This document shows, one piece after another, positions 46,167-56,535 of a stretch of 64,000 nucleotides of DNA (within the stretch, counting starts at the first letter, position 1; every line of letters begins with the position of its first letter). Origin of the DNA: an uncultured Acidobacteriota bacterium (lineage in GTDB: Bacteria > Acidobacteriota > Thermoanaerobaculia > Multivoradales > UBA5704). Made by a program: the position numbers and the translations under genes. Location: contig CAVYRF010000002.1 of assembly GCA_963770895.1 (NCBI GenBank), positions 3,072,001 through 3,136,000 of the forward strand. The letters are read 5' to 3'. The notes under the pieces are model-generated. The model saw nothing but the letters and a program-made list of their open reading frames with translations, was not told where the DNA came from and did not search any database.

Positions 46167-48233
46167 ATGACCGTTTTCACTTCCCGCTCCCTTCGCCATA
46201 CCTCCCGCCCACGGACCGCGCCGCTGGCGTTCGCCCTGCTGGCGGCGGCCGGCGCCCTGGTCTGCGGCCTGCACCCGGCCGCGGCGCAAAAGCCCGAAAC
46301 GGCCAAGATCGTGCCGGCGCAGCCGGCCCCGGCCGCCCCGGCGCCCGCCGCTCAGCCGGCGCCCGACCAGACTCCGGCGGCCCCCGCCCCGGCTGCTCCC
46401 GCCGCTCCCGCTGAGCAGCAGCCGGCGCCCGCCGCCCCGGCCGCGCCCGCCGACCAACAGCCCGCGCCCGCCGCCGCGCCGCCGCCCGCCCAGGTGGCAC
46501 AGCCGCAGCCGGCACCCGCCGCCCCGGCTCCGGCCCCCCCGGCTCCCGCCATCGCGCCCGCCCCGGCGCCGTCACCAGCTCCCGCGCCGTCGCCCGCGCC
46601 CCAGCCGGCGCCGGCGCCGAAGCCAGCTCCGCGGCCCGCCGCGGTGGCATCGGGACCGCTGTTCGGCGAGCAGATCGAAGTGCGGGTGGTCAACGTCGAA
46701 GCGGTGGTCACCGACAAAAAGGGCAACCGCGTGCCGGATCTGACGCCCCAGGACTTCCGCCTGAAGGTGGACGGCAAGGTCATCAAGATCGACTACTTCA
46801 CCGAGGTGCGCGGCGGCCAGGCGATCGCCCTGGCGCCCGGGTCCGGTACGCAGTCGATCCCCGGCCTGCCCGACCTGGCGCCGGGAAGCCCGGTGGGCAC
46901 CAGCTACCTGGTGTTCGTCGACGACTATTTTTCGGTGTCGGCGCGCCGCAACGAAGTGCTGCGGTCGCTCAAGGACGACCTGTCGCGCCTGGGCCCCGAG
47001 GACCGCATGGCCCTGGTCGCCTACGACGGCCGCCACCTGAACATGCTGTCCAGCTGGTCCAGCTCGCCGCACGACCTGGGCCGGGCGATCGAAACCGAGA
47101 TCGGCAATCCCACCTACGGCCTGCAGCGCCTGGCCGAGCTGCGCCAGTTTGACGACAGCAAACGTCGCGGTCCGCAGACGACCGATATCGACGCCCAGGC
47201 ACGCGCGGGCTTCGCGCGCAGCACGCTGTCGGTATCCGAAGAGGGATTTGTCTACCAGCTGGCGTCGCAGCTGGAAGAGTCGGTGTCGGCGGCGGTGAGC
47301 ACGCTGCGCGCCTTTGCCGCGCCGCCGGGCCGCAAGGTGATGCTGATCCTGGCGGGCGGCTGGCCCTACTCGCCGGTCGATTACGCGATCAACGACTACA
47401 ATCGCCCCATCACCGACCGCTCGCTGCCCAACGGCGACCAGATCATGAAGCCGCTGGCGGATACCGCCAACCGGCTCGGCTACACCCTCTACCCGGTGGA
47501 CGTGCCGGGCCTCGAAACGGATGCCGCCACCGCCACCACCGACTTTCAGCCGCCGGGGCTGGCCACCACGATGGGCCTGCGCGAGCAGGAGCACGAAGGG
47601 ACGCTGACCCACCTGGCCAGCGAAACCGGCGGCAAGGCGCTGATCAATTCCTTGCGCATCGCCTCGCTGGAGCACGTCGAGGCCGACACCCGCTCGTATT
47701 ACTGGCTGGGATTCACCCCCTCGTGGCAAGGCAACGACAAGACCCACAAGGTCCAGCTGGAGCTGCTGCGCAAGGATCTCACCGTGCGCACCCGCGACAG
47801 CTTCCTGGACCGATCGCGCAAGTCGGACATTTCGATGATGGTCGAAAGCGCCATGCTGTTCGGCGCGCCGGCGGGTTCGGCGGTGATGCCGGTGCAGCTG
47901 GGTACGCCGGTCAAGGCGGCCAAGCGCGGCCAGATGGAGGTGCCGGTGACGCTGGCGATTCCCACCAGCTCGTTCGTCGCCGTGCCGATCAACGGCAAGT
48001 ACGCTTCCGAGCTGGAGCTGCGGGTGGCCGCCCAGGACGAGCACGGCGATCGCTCCGACATTCCGGTGGTGCCGCTGACGCTGCAAAGCGACAAGCCGCC
48101 GATCGCCGGCCACTTTGTCCGCTACCAGACCAAGGTGACGCTGCGCCACGCCGACCAGCACCTGATCTTTGCCATTTTCGATCCCTTGAGCAACAAGATC
48201 ACCACCGCCGAGGTGGACGTAAAAGCCTATTGA
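46167..48233 (+). CDS. Secreted VWA-domain protein (acidobacterial VWFA-related type) with a Pro/Ala linker
   Basis: VRVVNVEAVVTDKKG...DL...DF, PGRKVMLIL, LASETGG and YYWLGF. Confidence 0.88.
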   Translation: MTVFTSRSLRHTSRPRTAPLAFALLAAAGALVCGLHPAAAQKPETAKIVPAQPAPAAPAPAAQPAPDQTPAAPAPAAPAAPAEQQPAPAAPAAPADQQPAPAAAPPPAQVAQPQPAPAAPAPAPPAPAIAPAPAPSPAPAPSPAPQPAPAPKPAPRPAAVASGPLFGEQIEVRVVNVEAVVTDKKGNRVPDLTPQDFRLKVDGKVIKIDYFTEVRGGQAIALAPGSGTQSIPGLPDLAPGSPVGTSYLVFVDDYFSVSARRNEVLRSLKDDLSRLGPEDRMALVAYDGRHLNMLSSWSSSPHDLGRAIETEIGNPTYGLQRLAELRQFDDSKRRGPQTTDIDAQARAGFARSTLSVSEEGFVYQLASQLEESVSAAVSTLRAFAAPPGRKVMLILAGGWPYSPVDYAINDYNRPITDRSLPNGDQIMKPLADTANRLGYTLYPVDVPGLETDAATATTDFQPPGLATTMGLREQEHEGTLTHLASETGGKALINSLRIASLEHVEADTRSYYWLGFTPSWQGNDKTHKVQLELLRKDLTVRTRDSFLDRSRKSDISMMVESAMLFGAPAGSAVMPVQLGTPVKAAKRGQMEVPVTLAIPTSSFVAVPINGKYASELELRVAAQDEHGDRSDIPVVPLTLQSDKPPIAGHFVRYQTKVTLRHADQHLIFAIFDPLSNKITTAEVDVKAY

Positions 48234-48307
48234 ACGGCCGGTGCGTATAATGCCGGCAATCTGTTTGCCGGCCGGTGACGCTGGCACAGGTAGAAAGGCG
48301 TGCATCT

Positions 48308-50116
48308 ATGAGCACCATGACTTCCCGCCGGCGGGCCGCGCTGCCGCTTGCCGTACTGACCCTGGCGGCGGCGCTGGCCGCCGCGGGCTCACTGCCCCGG
48401 CCGGCGCGGGCGCAGACCGCCTCGCGCCCCGGCGCTCCCGCCCGGTCTGCCGCCGCCACGTCGGCGACTCCGGCCAAGCCGGGCAGCGGACCGCAAGCCA
48501 AGGCCGCCGACGACAGCCTGGTCGAATCGGTCACCGTCAGCGTCGTCAACGTCGACGTCTACGTGAGCGATAAAAAGGGCCGGATCACCGGCCTGACGCG
48601 CGACGACTTCGAGCTGTTCGAAGACGGCCGGCCGATGAAGGTCAGCAACTTCCTGGCGATGGAAGGCGGCAAGCCGGTCGGCGCAGCAGCCGAGCCCGAA
48701 GCCCCGCCGGTGGTCGACGCACAGGGCAAGGTGGTGCCAAAGCTGCCGGAGGCGTACCAGCCGGCGGTGATCCCCGACGACCAGCGGCTGCGCCTGATCG
48801 TCTACATCGACAATTTCAACCTCAAGCCGTTCGACCGCAACAAGGTCATGCGGTCGCTGCGCGTCTTCCTGGACCAGAAGCTGCGCCGCGGCGACGAGGT
48901 CATGCTGGTGACCTACGATCGCGAGCTGCACGTGCGCAACACCTTCACCACGGACGTCTCGCTGATCAACAACCAGCTGCTCGATATCGAAAAGATTTCG
49001 GCGCAGGGCGTGCACCAGGAAGACGACCGGCGGGAGGTGCTGCGCCAGATCCATGACGACGCGCTCAGCGGCAGCGAAGCGATGATGTATGCGCGCGCTT
49101 ACGCCGGCGCGGCGTTCAACGACCTCAGCTTCACCATCGACGCGCTCAAGAACCTCACCACTTCGCTCGCCGGGCTCTCCGGCCGCAAGGCGATCGTCTA
49201 CGTCAGCGACGGCCTGCCGATGGTCGCCGGCGAAGACGTCTTCTACGCCATCCAGAGCCAATACAGCAGTACCAGCATCATCTCGGAAAACGCCGAGTTC
49301 GACGCGTCGCGGCGCTTCGAGGAGCTGACCGCCACGGCCAACGCCGACCGCGTGACGTTCTACACCATCGACGCCGCCGGCCTGCGCACCTACACTTCGA
49401 CCAGCGCCGAAAACGCCACCGCCGGCAACGGCGTGTACGTGGACGAGATCAACATCACCAACATCCAAAGCCCGCTGCAATTCCTGGCCGAAAAGACCGG
49501 CGGCACCTCGATCATCAACGCCAACGACGTCGGCCCCAGCCTGGATCGCATCGCCCAGGACTTCAACACGTTCTATTCGCTGGGCTACACGCCGCCGCAC
49601 CAGGGCGATGGCCGCTTTCACAAGATCACCGTCAAGGTGAAACGCAAGGGGCTGACGCTGCGCTACCGCGAGGGCTATCGCGACAAGAGCATCGAAACGC
49701 GCATGAGCGACGGGACCATGGCGACCCTCCAGTTCCCGTTCCAGACCAATCCGCTGGGCGTATCGCTCGACTTCGGGCGCCCGTCGCCGCGCCAGGACGG
49801 GCTGTACCTGGTGCCGATCAACATCAAGATCCCGCTCGGCAAGCTGGCGCTGGTGCCGCGCGGCGAAAACGGCAGCGAAGCCAAGGTGCGGCTGTTCATC
49901 GGCGCCATGGACGAGAACGGCAGCACCTCCGACGTGCAGCAGGTGCCGATTCCGATCAAGGTGCCGACTGCCGAGGTGGCCAAGCTCGGCGGCAAGCATT
50001 TCCTGTACACCGTCAGCCTGTTGATGCGCGGCGGTGGCCAAAAAGTTGCAATTGGCCTGCGTGATGACGTCGGCGCCCAGGAATCCTACGTCGCCGGCGA
50101 GCTGACCGTCCGCTGA
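48308..50116 (+). CDS. Secreted VWA-domain protein (acidobacterial VWFA-related type)
   Basis: VVNVDVYVSDKKG.ITGLTRDDFELFEDG, GRKAIVYVSDG, LAEKTGG, YSLGY and YREGY. Confidence 0.9.
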   Translation: MSTMTSRRRAALPLAVLTLAAALAAAGSLPRPARAQTASRPGAPARSAAATSATPAKPGSGPQAKAADDSLVESVTVSVVNVDVYVSDKKGRITGLTRDDFELFEDGRPMKVSNFLAMEGGKPVGAAAEPEAPPVVDAQGKVVPKLPEAYQPAVIPDDQRLRLIVYIDNFNLKPFDRNKVMRSLRVFLDQKLRRGDEVMLVTYDRELHVRNTFTTDVSLINNQLLDIEKISAQGVHQEDDRREVLRQIHDDALSGSEAMMYARAYAGAAFNDLSFTIDALKNLTTSLAGLSGRKAIVYVSDGLPMVAGEDVFYAIQSQYSSTSIISENAEFDASRRFEELTATANADRVTFYTIDAAGLRTYTSTSAENATAGNGVYVDEINITNIQSPLQFLAEKTGGTSIINANDVGPSLDRIAQDFNTFYSLGYTPPHQGDGRFHKITVKVKRKGLTLRYREGYRDKSIETRMSDGTMATLQFPFQTNPLGVSLDFGRPSPRQDGLYLVPINIKIPLGKLALVPRGENGSEAKVRLFIGAMDENGSTSDVQQVPIPIKVPTAEVAKLGGKHFLYTVSLLMRGGGQKVAIGLRDDVGAQESYVAGELTVR

Positions 50117-50155
50117 TCGCGGAGGGCGGGTCAACCCAGGCAGGAGCTGCAGACG

Positions 50156-50743
50156 ATGGTCGAACCGGGCAACGGTGTGGTGCAGGGGTGGATCGATCTG
50201 TTCCGTTCGCTCGGTTCGGCGCTGCTCGGGGTGCTGCGCGCCGAAGCGCAGGCATTGGGGGCGGATTTCCGCCGCTCCGGCCACCTGCTGGGGCGCGGTC
50301 TGGCGCTGCTGGGTGCCGCCGCGGGGGTGCTCTTCTGGACCCTGGGTGTCGTGATCTTCACCCTGGTAGCAGTGCTGGCGCTGTGGCTGCCGCTGTGGGC
50401 GGCGGCGCTCATCGCCGCGGCGCTGTTTGCGGCGGCCGGCGGCCTGCTCGCGCTGCTCGGCCTGCGTCAGCTGCGGCAGCTGGAGAGCCCGGCGGAGGAC
50501 ATCCGCCGCCGGGTATCCGATCACCTGGATTGGTGGCAAAGCCGGCTGCTGGCGGAGCCTCCGGCGGTGGTTTCGCCGACCCCGCCGCCCGTATCGCCAA
50601 CGCCGCCCGGGACCCCAAGTCCGCCGGCGGGCGGCGGCCCCATGCCGCCGCGGCCCGATCGCGCCCCACCGCCGCCGCGGCCCGGCCGCGGCGCCCCGCC
50701 GCCGATCCATCCCGCCGATCCGCTGGAGGACGACGAACCGTGA
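50156..50743 (+). CDS. YqjE-like membrane protein (putative holin-X/superfamily III domain) with a Pro-rich tail
   Basis: N-terminal amphipathic helix, two TM segments and LPLWAAALIAA. Confidence 0.7.
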   Translation: MVEPGNGVVQGWIDLFRSLGSALLGVLRAEAQALGADFRRSGHLLGRGLALLGAAAGVLFWTLGVVIFTLVAVLALWLPLWAAALIAAALFAAAGGLLALLGLRQLRQLESPAEDIRRRVSDHLDWWQSRLLAEPPAVVSPTPPPVSPTPPGTPSPPAGGGPMPPRPDRAPPPPRPGRGAPPPIHPADPLEDDEP

Positions 50744-50964
50744 GCAACCTGGATGACGCACGGCGCGAAGCCGAGGCGCGGCTGGCGGCCAGCCGCCGCG
50801 TGGTCGAAGAGCGGCTGGCGGAGGTGAAGTCGGCGGTCGAAGGCACCGTCGGCTTGGTGCCGCGCAACGCCGCGGTGCTGCTGGCCTTGGTGGCGGGGGC
50901 AGGCGGCTTCGCGCTCGCCATGCGCCGTCGCCGTCGCCCGCGCCGCCGGCGGGTCAACGGCTAG
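50740..50964 (+). CDS. Small tail-anchored hypothetical protein
   Basis: GTGA overlap with the upstream gene, coiled coil, C-terminal TM and an Arg-rich tail. Confidence 0.65.
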   Translation: MSNLDDARREAEARLAASRRVVEERLAEVKSAVEGTVGLVPRNAAVLLALVAGAGGFALAMRRRRRPRRRRVNG

Positions 50965-51013
50965 ACAGACCACCAAGGCCCGCAGGGCTTCAGGCTAACC
51001 GGCTAGCGGCAGA

Positions 51014-51202
51014 TCAGCCGGCGAGCGGCCGTTTGAAGACCATCGCGATGTTGTCGGTGGCGCCGGTCTTGAAGTTGACCGAGGTGATCGAAACCAGCTC
51101 CCACCCGTCTTCCCCCAGCTGATTCAACTGCGGCGCGGCGGCGGGATCCAGGCGATAGTTTTCGCTGCGGATGTTGATGATCTTGTACTCCCACTTGCTC
51201 AT
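51014..51202 (-). CDS. DUF4177 domain protein
   Basis: KWEYKII...LNQLGEDGWELVSI...VFKRP, with an AAGGAG RBS. Confidence 0.9.
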   Translation of the reverse strand: MSKWEYKIINIRSENYRLDPAAAPQLNQLGEDGWELVSITSVNFKTGATDNIAMVFKRPLAG

Positions 51203-51310
51203 GGCTGCCCACTCCTTGCGTCCGTCGCGTGGGCGCGTGGCGCCTGCGACCCTCAGCAATTGTAACGCCGGGCCTTGCGAACCGTTGCGCCGCGCGGCGG
51301 CGCGGGCCGG

Positions 51311-52099
51311 TCAGCGCGGCGGGCTCCAGCGGACCTGCACCGCGACGCCGGCGCCGACGCCCCACCGGCGGGAGAGGTCTTCGCCGCGCATCGCCAGCTC
51401 CAGGGTCCCTTGCGAGCCGACCAGCAGGGCGGCGTCGTAGCGCGGGATCTCCTCGTAGTGAGCGGCGAGGCGGGAGGCGATGTGGCTGCCGACCCGCGCC
51501 ACCAGGTGCGCCGGCGACGCCGGCAGCCAGGCGGCGGGGATGTCGGTGACCAGGTTGCCGTAGCGATCGACGTGCACCACCGCACCGCGCAGCAGCGTGT
51601 CTTCGCGGCTGGGCGGCTGCCGCGCCAGGCGCACCGGGTCGTGGATCTCCGGCCCCAGCTGGGCCGGATCGCCGCCACGGAGCAGAAAGGCAGCTACCGG
51701 CGCGAAGCGGTCGCGGCCGTGGAAGGTGGCGCCGGGAGCGGATAGGAAAAGGTCTTCGCGCTCCACCGACCAGGTGCGCGCGTCGCCGAGCAGCGGCGTG
51801 AGCAGGCCGTTGTCGGGGGCGACCAGCAGCGCCGGCTGCTCGCCGCCGGTGGCCGCCGCCAGAATGCGCCGCCGGCTGCCGACGCCCGGATCGACCACCG
51901 CGAAATGCACGGTGCCCGCCGGAAAGGTGGGCGCCGCGGCTCCCAGCATGTAGGCCCCTGCGGCGACGTCGCCGGGGGCGATCTGGTGGGAAAGGTCCAC
52001 CAGCTGGGTGCCGGGCGCCAGCCGCAGCAGCGTCCCCTTGACGGCGGCAACGTAGTAGTCGTGAAGCCCGAAATCGGTCAACAGCGTGACCAGCGCCAT
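51311..52099 (-). CDS. SAM hydroxide adenosyltransferase (DUF62, SAM hydrolase)
   Basis: LLTDFG, VVDPGVGSRRR, PDNGLL, TFHGRDRFAP and DRYGNLVT. Confidence 0.92.
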   Translation of the reverse strand: MALVTLLTDFGLHDYYVAAVKGTLLRLAPGTQLVDLSHQIAPGDVAAGAYMLGAAAPTFPAGTVHFAVVDPGVGSRRRILAAATGGEQPALLVAPDNGLLTPLLGDARTWSVEREDLFLSAPGATFHGRDRFAPVAAFLLRGGDPAQLGPEIHDPVRLARQPPSREDTLLRGAVVHVDRYGNLVTDIPAAWLPASPAHLVARVGSHIASRLAAHYEEIPRYDAALLVGSQGTLELAMRGEDLSRRWGVGAGVAVQVRWSPPR

Positions 52100-52396
52100 G
52101 TTCTCTCCCCTCACCTGTAGACGCGGCCCCGCCTGCTGATTCGCGTCCCTGGACAGTCGGCGCGGCCGCCGCGCTGATTCGCCATCCCCCTGCGGCCCCG
52201 GTACAATCGGCGGCGTGTCGGACGAGCGCCACTGGGGCCTGATGGTACGCCGTGCGGGGCGATCCTGCGCCGAACGGGCGCCGGCCCGGCCCCGGCCGCG
52301 GCGATGCCCGGCTGATCTTACCCCCGCCGGGTCGGCCGCGGTGCGGTGCGCCGCCGCTGCCCAGGCACGTGGCGGCGGGAAAGGGAGCGGCGCCCG

Positions 52397-53995
52397 TTGA
52401 AGATCCTCACCGCGGAAGCGATGCGGGAGCTGGACCGCATCGCCATCGAGCAGATCGGACTACCCAGCCTGGTGCTGATGGAAAACGCCGCCCTGGGGGT
52501 GGTGGATGCGATTGCCCAGCGCTATCCCGACGCCGAGTCGGCGGCGATCTTCTGCGGCCCCGGCAACAACGGCGGCGACGGCCTGGCGGTGGCGCGCCAG
52601 CTGGCGACGCGCGGCTATGGCGTCGCGGTGTTCCTGGCGCTGGCCGGCCAGGGGGACGGCAAGCCGCCGGCCGGCGACGCCGCGGTGCAGCTCGCCATCT
52701 GCCGCCGGCTGGGGATCGCCGTGCACCAGCTGGCGGGCGACCAGGCGCCGCTCGACGCCTGGCTGGCGGCGGCGCGCCAGCACGACCTGCTGATCGACGC
52801 CCTGTTCGGCACCGGCCTGGCGCGGCCGCTGGGCGGGCTGTTCGCCCGCCTGGTTCTGGCGCTCGACGAGCTGCCCCTGCCGCGCATCGCGGTGGACCTG
52901 CCGAGCGGGCTGGCGGGCAGCAGCGCGACGCCGCCCGGCCCCCACCTGCGGGCAGACCTGACCGTCACCTTCGCGGCGCCCAAGGTGGCGCACGTCTTTC
53001 CCCCGGCCGCCTCGGCGGTGGGCGAACTGGTAGTGGCCGACCTGGGGTTTCCGCCGCGCCTGGTGGAGGAGGCGCCCGGCGACCTGCACCTGCTGGTCGG
53101 CGAGGAGCTGGCCGGGCTGCTGCCGGCGCGCGAGCGCGACAGCAACAAGGGCACGTACGGCCATCTGCTGGTGATCGCCGGATCGCTGGGCAAGGCGGGC
53201 GCGGCGGTTTTGGCGGTACGGGCGGCGGTGCGCGCCGGCGCCGGGCTGGTGACCGCCGCGGTGCCCGAGCCGCTGGTCGCGATCCTGCAGCAGGGCTCGC
53301 TCGAGTCGATGGCCGCCGGCCTGCCCGCCGGCGCCTCGGGAGGGCTGGCCGGCGGCGCGGTGGCGGCGGCGCTCAAGCTGGCTTCGGCGGCTGGCAAGAG
53401 CGCCGTGGCGCTCGGCCCCGGCCTGGGCCAGGACGACGAAACGGCGGCGGCCATCCGCCAGCTGGTGGGCGCGCTCGAGCTGCCGCTGGTCCTGGACGCC
53501 GACGGCCTGAACGCCTTTGCCGGCCGCGCCGGCGACCTGACCGGCCGGCCGGCGCCGACGATCCTGACGCCGCATCCGGGGGAGCTGGGGCGGCTGCTCG
53601 GCATCTCGACCGCCCAGGTGCAGGCCGACCGGCCGGCGGCGGCGCGCCGGGCGGCGGCGCTGACCGGCGCGATCGTGGTGCTCAAGGGCAGCCTGACGCT
53701 GATCGCGGCGCCGGCGGCCCTGGTGCCCCCGGACGGCGCCCTGTTCGTCAACCCCACCGGCAATCCCGGCATGGCGACCGGCGGCACCGGCGACGTGCTC
53801 ACCGGCATCACCGGGGGCCTGCTGGCGCAGCGGCTGGCGCCGCTCGACGCGGCGCGCCTGGCGGTCTATCTGCACGGCCTGGCCGGCGACCTCGCCCTGG
53901 CGCGCCAGGGCAGCGCCCCGTCGCTGGCCGCCGCCGACCTGATCGACGCCCTGCCGGCGGCCTTCGGCGCCCTAGCCGCCGGCGACGCGCCGTGA
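52397..53995 (+). CDS. nnr: Bifunctional NAD(P)H-hydrate epimerase/dehydratase
   Basis: MRELDR, LMENA, GPGNNGGDG, DALFGTG, DLPSG, GPGLG, DADGLN, TPHPGE and GGTGDVL. TTG start. Confidence 0.95.
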   Translation: MKILTAEAMRELDRIAIEQIGLPSLVLMENAALGVVDAIAQRYPDAESAAIFCGPGNNGGDGLAVARQLATRGYGVAVFLALAGQGDGKPPAGDAAVQLAICRRLGIAVHQLAGDQAPLDAWLAAARQHDLLIDALFGTGLARPLGGLFARLVLALDELPLPRIAVDLPSGLAGSSATPPGPHLRADLTVTFAAPKVAHVFPPAASAVGELVVADLGFPPRLVEEAPGDLHLLVGEELAGLLPARERDSNKGTYGHLLVIAGSLGKAGAAVLAVRAAVRAGAGLVTAAVPEPLVAILQQGSLESMAAGLPAGASGGLAGGAVAAALKLASAAGKSAVALGPGLGQDDETAAAIRQLVGALELPLVLDADGLNAFAGRAGDLTGRPAPTILTPHPGELGRLLGISTAQVQADRPAAARRAAALTGAIVVLKGSLTLIAAPAALVPPDGALFVNPTGNPGMATGGTGDVLTGITGGLLAQRLAPLDAARLAVYLHGLAGDLALARQGSAPSLAAADLIDALPAAFGALAAGDAP

Positions 53996-54495
53996 ACGGT
54001 GCCGGCGGGCGCGGCGGCAGGCGCTGGATCACCCGCGACCAGGCGGCCAGCGAGCGCCTGGGCGGGGAGCTGGCGGCGGAGCTGGCACCCGACGGGACGC
54101 TGCTGCTGTCGGGCGAGCTGGGCAGCGGCAAGACCGTGCTGGCGCGCGGCATCGCCGCCGCCCTGGGGATCGACGGGCGGCAGGTGCTGTCGCCGACCTT
54201 CAACTTGATCCGCGAGCATCGCGGCGCCGGCGGCCGGCTGGTGCACGTCGATCTCTACCGGCTGGAGCCGCGCGAGGCCGCCCTGCTGGGGCTCGAAGAG
54301 CTGCTCGCCGGGCCGGGCATCAAGGTCGTGGAGTGGGCCGAGCGCCTGCCGTTCCCGCCGCCGGCGGAGGCGCTGGCTCTGCGCCTGCGGCGTCTGCCGG
54401 CGGGCGGGCAGGACGTGCGTGAGATCGTCGAGGTTGCCGCGTGGGACCTGACGGAACCATCAATGGGAGAAGGAGCTGAACATGAAGATCCGTAA
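53992..54495 (+). CDS. tsaE: tRNA threonylcarbamoyladenosine biosynthesis ATPase
   Basis: GELGSGKT, SPTFNL, HVDLYRL and VEWAE. Follows nnr. Confidence 0.93.
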   Translation: MNGAGGRGGRRWITRDQAASERLGGELAAELAPDGTLLLSGELGSGKTVLARGIAAALGIDGRQVLSPTFNLIREHRGAGGRLVHVDLYRLEPREAALLGLEELLAGPGIKVVEWAERLPFPPPAEALALRLRRLPAGGQDVREIVEVAAWDLTEPSMGEGAEHEDP

Positions 54496-55339
54496 AGTGG
54501 GCGTCCTGGGCTGCGGCCTGATGGGCGCCGGTATTGCCGAAGTGGCGGCGCGCGCCGGCTTCGACACGGTGGTGCGGGAGGTGAGCGAAGAGGTGCTGGC
54601 CAAGGGGATGGCCAGGATTGCCGGCTCGCTCGACAAGGCGGTCGACAAGGGCAAGCTGGATGCCGGCGAGCGCGACAAGACGCGCGCCCGGCTGCACGGG
54701 GTGGTCGACCTGGCGGCGCTCGCCGACTGCGACCTGATCGTCGAGGCGATCGTCGAAAGCCTGGAAGCGAAGCGCGAGACGTTTGCCGCGCTCGACGCGG
54801 TGGTCAAGCCGGACGTGGTGTTCGCCAGCAACACTTCCTCGCTGACCATCACCCAGATCGCCATGTCCACCAAGCGGCCCGACCGCTTCGTCGGCCTGCA
54901 CTTTTTCAACCCGGTGCCGGTGATGAAGCTGGTGGAGGTGGTGCGCACGCTGCTCACCTCGCAGGAGGCCTACGACGCCGCCTTCGAGGCGGTGCGCGCC
55001 TTCGGCAAGGAGCCGGTCGCGGCGCGCGACAATTCGGGGTTCATCGTCAACCGGCTGCTGGTGCCGTACCTGCTCGACGCCATCCGCGCGCTCGAAGAGG
55101 GCGTCGGTTCGGTCGAGGACATCGACAAGGCCATGCAGCTGGGCTGCGGCTATCCCATGGGTCCGTTCACGCTGCTCGACTTCGTCGGCCTGGACACCAC
55201 CTACTACATCGCCAACATCATGTTCGAGGAGTACCGCGAAAAGCGCTATGCGCCGCCGCCGCTGCTCAAGCAGATGGTGCTCGCCGGCCGCATGGGGCGC
55301 AAGAGCGGGCGCGGTTTCTACGATCACGCCAAGAAGTAG
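54482..55339 (+). CDS. hbd: 3-hydroxybutyryl-CoA (3-hydroxyacyl-CoA) dehydrogenase
   Basis: GCGLMGAGIA, SNTSSL, GLHFFNPVP, GFIVNRLL, PMGPF and GRKSGRGFY. Confidence 0.92.
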   Translation: MKIRKVGVLGCGLMGAGIAEVAARAGFDTVVREVSEEVLAKGMARIAGSLDKAVDKGKLDAGERDKTRARLHGVVDLAALADCDLIVEAIVESLEAKRETFAALDAVVKPDVVFASNTSSLTITQIAMSTKRPDRFVGLHFFNPVPVMKLVEVVRTLLTSQEAYDAAFEAVRAFGKEPVAARDNSGFIVNRLLVPYLLDAIRALEEGVGSVEDIDKAMQLGCGYPMGPFTLLDFVGLDTTYYIANIMFEEYREKRYAPPPLLKQMVLAGRMGRKSGRGFYDHAKK

Positions 55340-55439
55340 CCCGCGGTATCGGGGGGCGGGTCGGGGCGGGCGGGTTGGGGGCGTGTCGGCCCGCCGCCGC
55401 CGCCCGCCCCGCGGGGTCTGCTAGACTAGGGACCCTCAG

Positions 55440-56525
55440 ATGGCGCCCCCGCCCCCACGGGTGGGTGCGTGCCGTCGCCGGAGCACCACCATTCCTACGC
55501 CAGCACCGCCCACTACACCCGCGCAGGTCACTCTGGCCGACGAAGGTTTGGACAGCCTCTTCGGCACCCACGACGAGAATCTGCGTCGCATCGAAAACAC
55601 CTTCGGCGTCACCGTCGCGGCGCGCGGCAACGAGCTGCAGATCCTGGGCGAGCCGCAGGCGGTGGCGGTGGTGGAACGGCTGCTGCACGGCCTGACCACG
55701 GTGTCCGAAAAGGGCTACCGCTTCCGCCCCGGCGACGTGCAGACCGCGATCCGGGTGATGGCCGACGCGCCGGAAACGTCGCTGGTGGAATTCTTCCTGC
55801 CCGAAGGGCTGCTCGCCTCGGTGCGCCGGCTGGTGACGCCGCGCAGCATCAGGCAGCAGCTCTACATCAAGGCGATGGCGGAATTCGACATCGTGGTCAC
55901 CATCGGTCCGGCGGGCACCGGCAAGACCTACCTGGCGGTGGCGATGGCGGCGGCGGCGCTGGCCGAAAAACGCGTGCGGCGCATCATCCTGGCGCGCCCG
56001 GCGGTCGAAGCGGGCGAAAAGCTGGGCTTCCTGCCCGGCGACCTGGCCGAAAAGGTGAATCCCTACCTGCGGCCGCTGCACGACGCGCTGCACGACATCA
56101 TCGGCTACGACAAGGTGGCACGCATGATGGAGCGCGGCATCATCGAAGTGGCGCCGATCGCCTTCATGCGCGGGCGCACCCTCAACGACAGCTTCATCAT
56201 CCTGGACGAAGCGCAGAACACCACCACCGAGCAGATGAAGATGTTCCTGACCCGCATCGGCTTCAACGCCAAGGCGGTGATCAACGGCGACATCACCCAG
56301 GTGGACCTGCCGCAGGGCCGGCAGTCGGGGCTGCGGGAGGCGCAGGAAGTGCTGGCCGGGATCGATGGCATCAAGTTCTTCACCTTCGACCAGCGCGACG
56401 TGGTGCGCCATGCGCTGGTGCAGCAGATCGTCACTGCCTACGATCAGTTCGACCGTATCAAGAAGGAGCGCGAGGAGGCGCGGACGGCGGCGCCGCAGCC
56501 GGCGGTCCCGGCGCCCCCGACCTGA
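55440..56525 (+). CDS. phoH: PhoH-like ATPase (YbeZ), start uncertain
   Basis: [39 protein letters not shown] and GDITQVDL. Confidence 0.93.
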   Translation: MAPPPPRVGACRRRSTTIPTPAPPTTPAQVTLADEGLDSLFGTHDENLRRIENTFGVTVAARGNELQILGEPQAVAVVERLLHGLTTVSEKGYRFRPGDVQTAIRVMADAPETSLVEFFLPEGLLASVRRLVTPRSIRQQLYIKAMAEFDIVVTIGPAGTGKTYLAVAMAAAALAEKRVRRIILARPAVEAGEKLGFLPGDLAEKVNPYLRPLHDALHDIIGYDKVARMMERGIIEVAPIAFMRGRTLNDSFIILDEAQNTTTEQMKMFLTRIGFNAKAVINGDITQVDLPQGRQSGLREAQEVLAGIDGIKFFTFDQRDVVRHALVQQIVTAYDQFDRIKKEREEARTAAPQPAVPAPPT

Positions 56526-56535
56526 CCGGCGCGGT

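Noticed and set aside
46310-46650. Pro/Ala/Gln repeats in the first VWA protein as a distinct repeat element
   Set aside because: This is an ordinary low-complexity linker between the signal peptide and the folded domain.
50156-50964. Holin-like gene as evidence of a prophage
   Set aside because: YqjE-like proteins are common chromosomal membrane proteins, and no endolysin, structural or integrase genes are nearby.
51311-52099. SAM-dependent fluorinase/chlorinase
   Set aside because: The TFHGRD motif with DPGVG and RR fits the DUF62 hydroxide adenosyltransferase Asp-Arg-His type, and there is no halometabolite cluster context.
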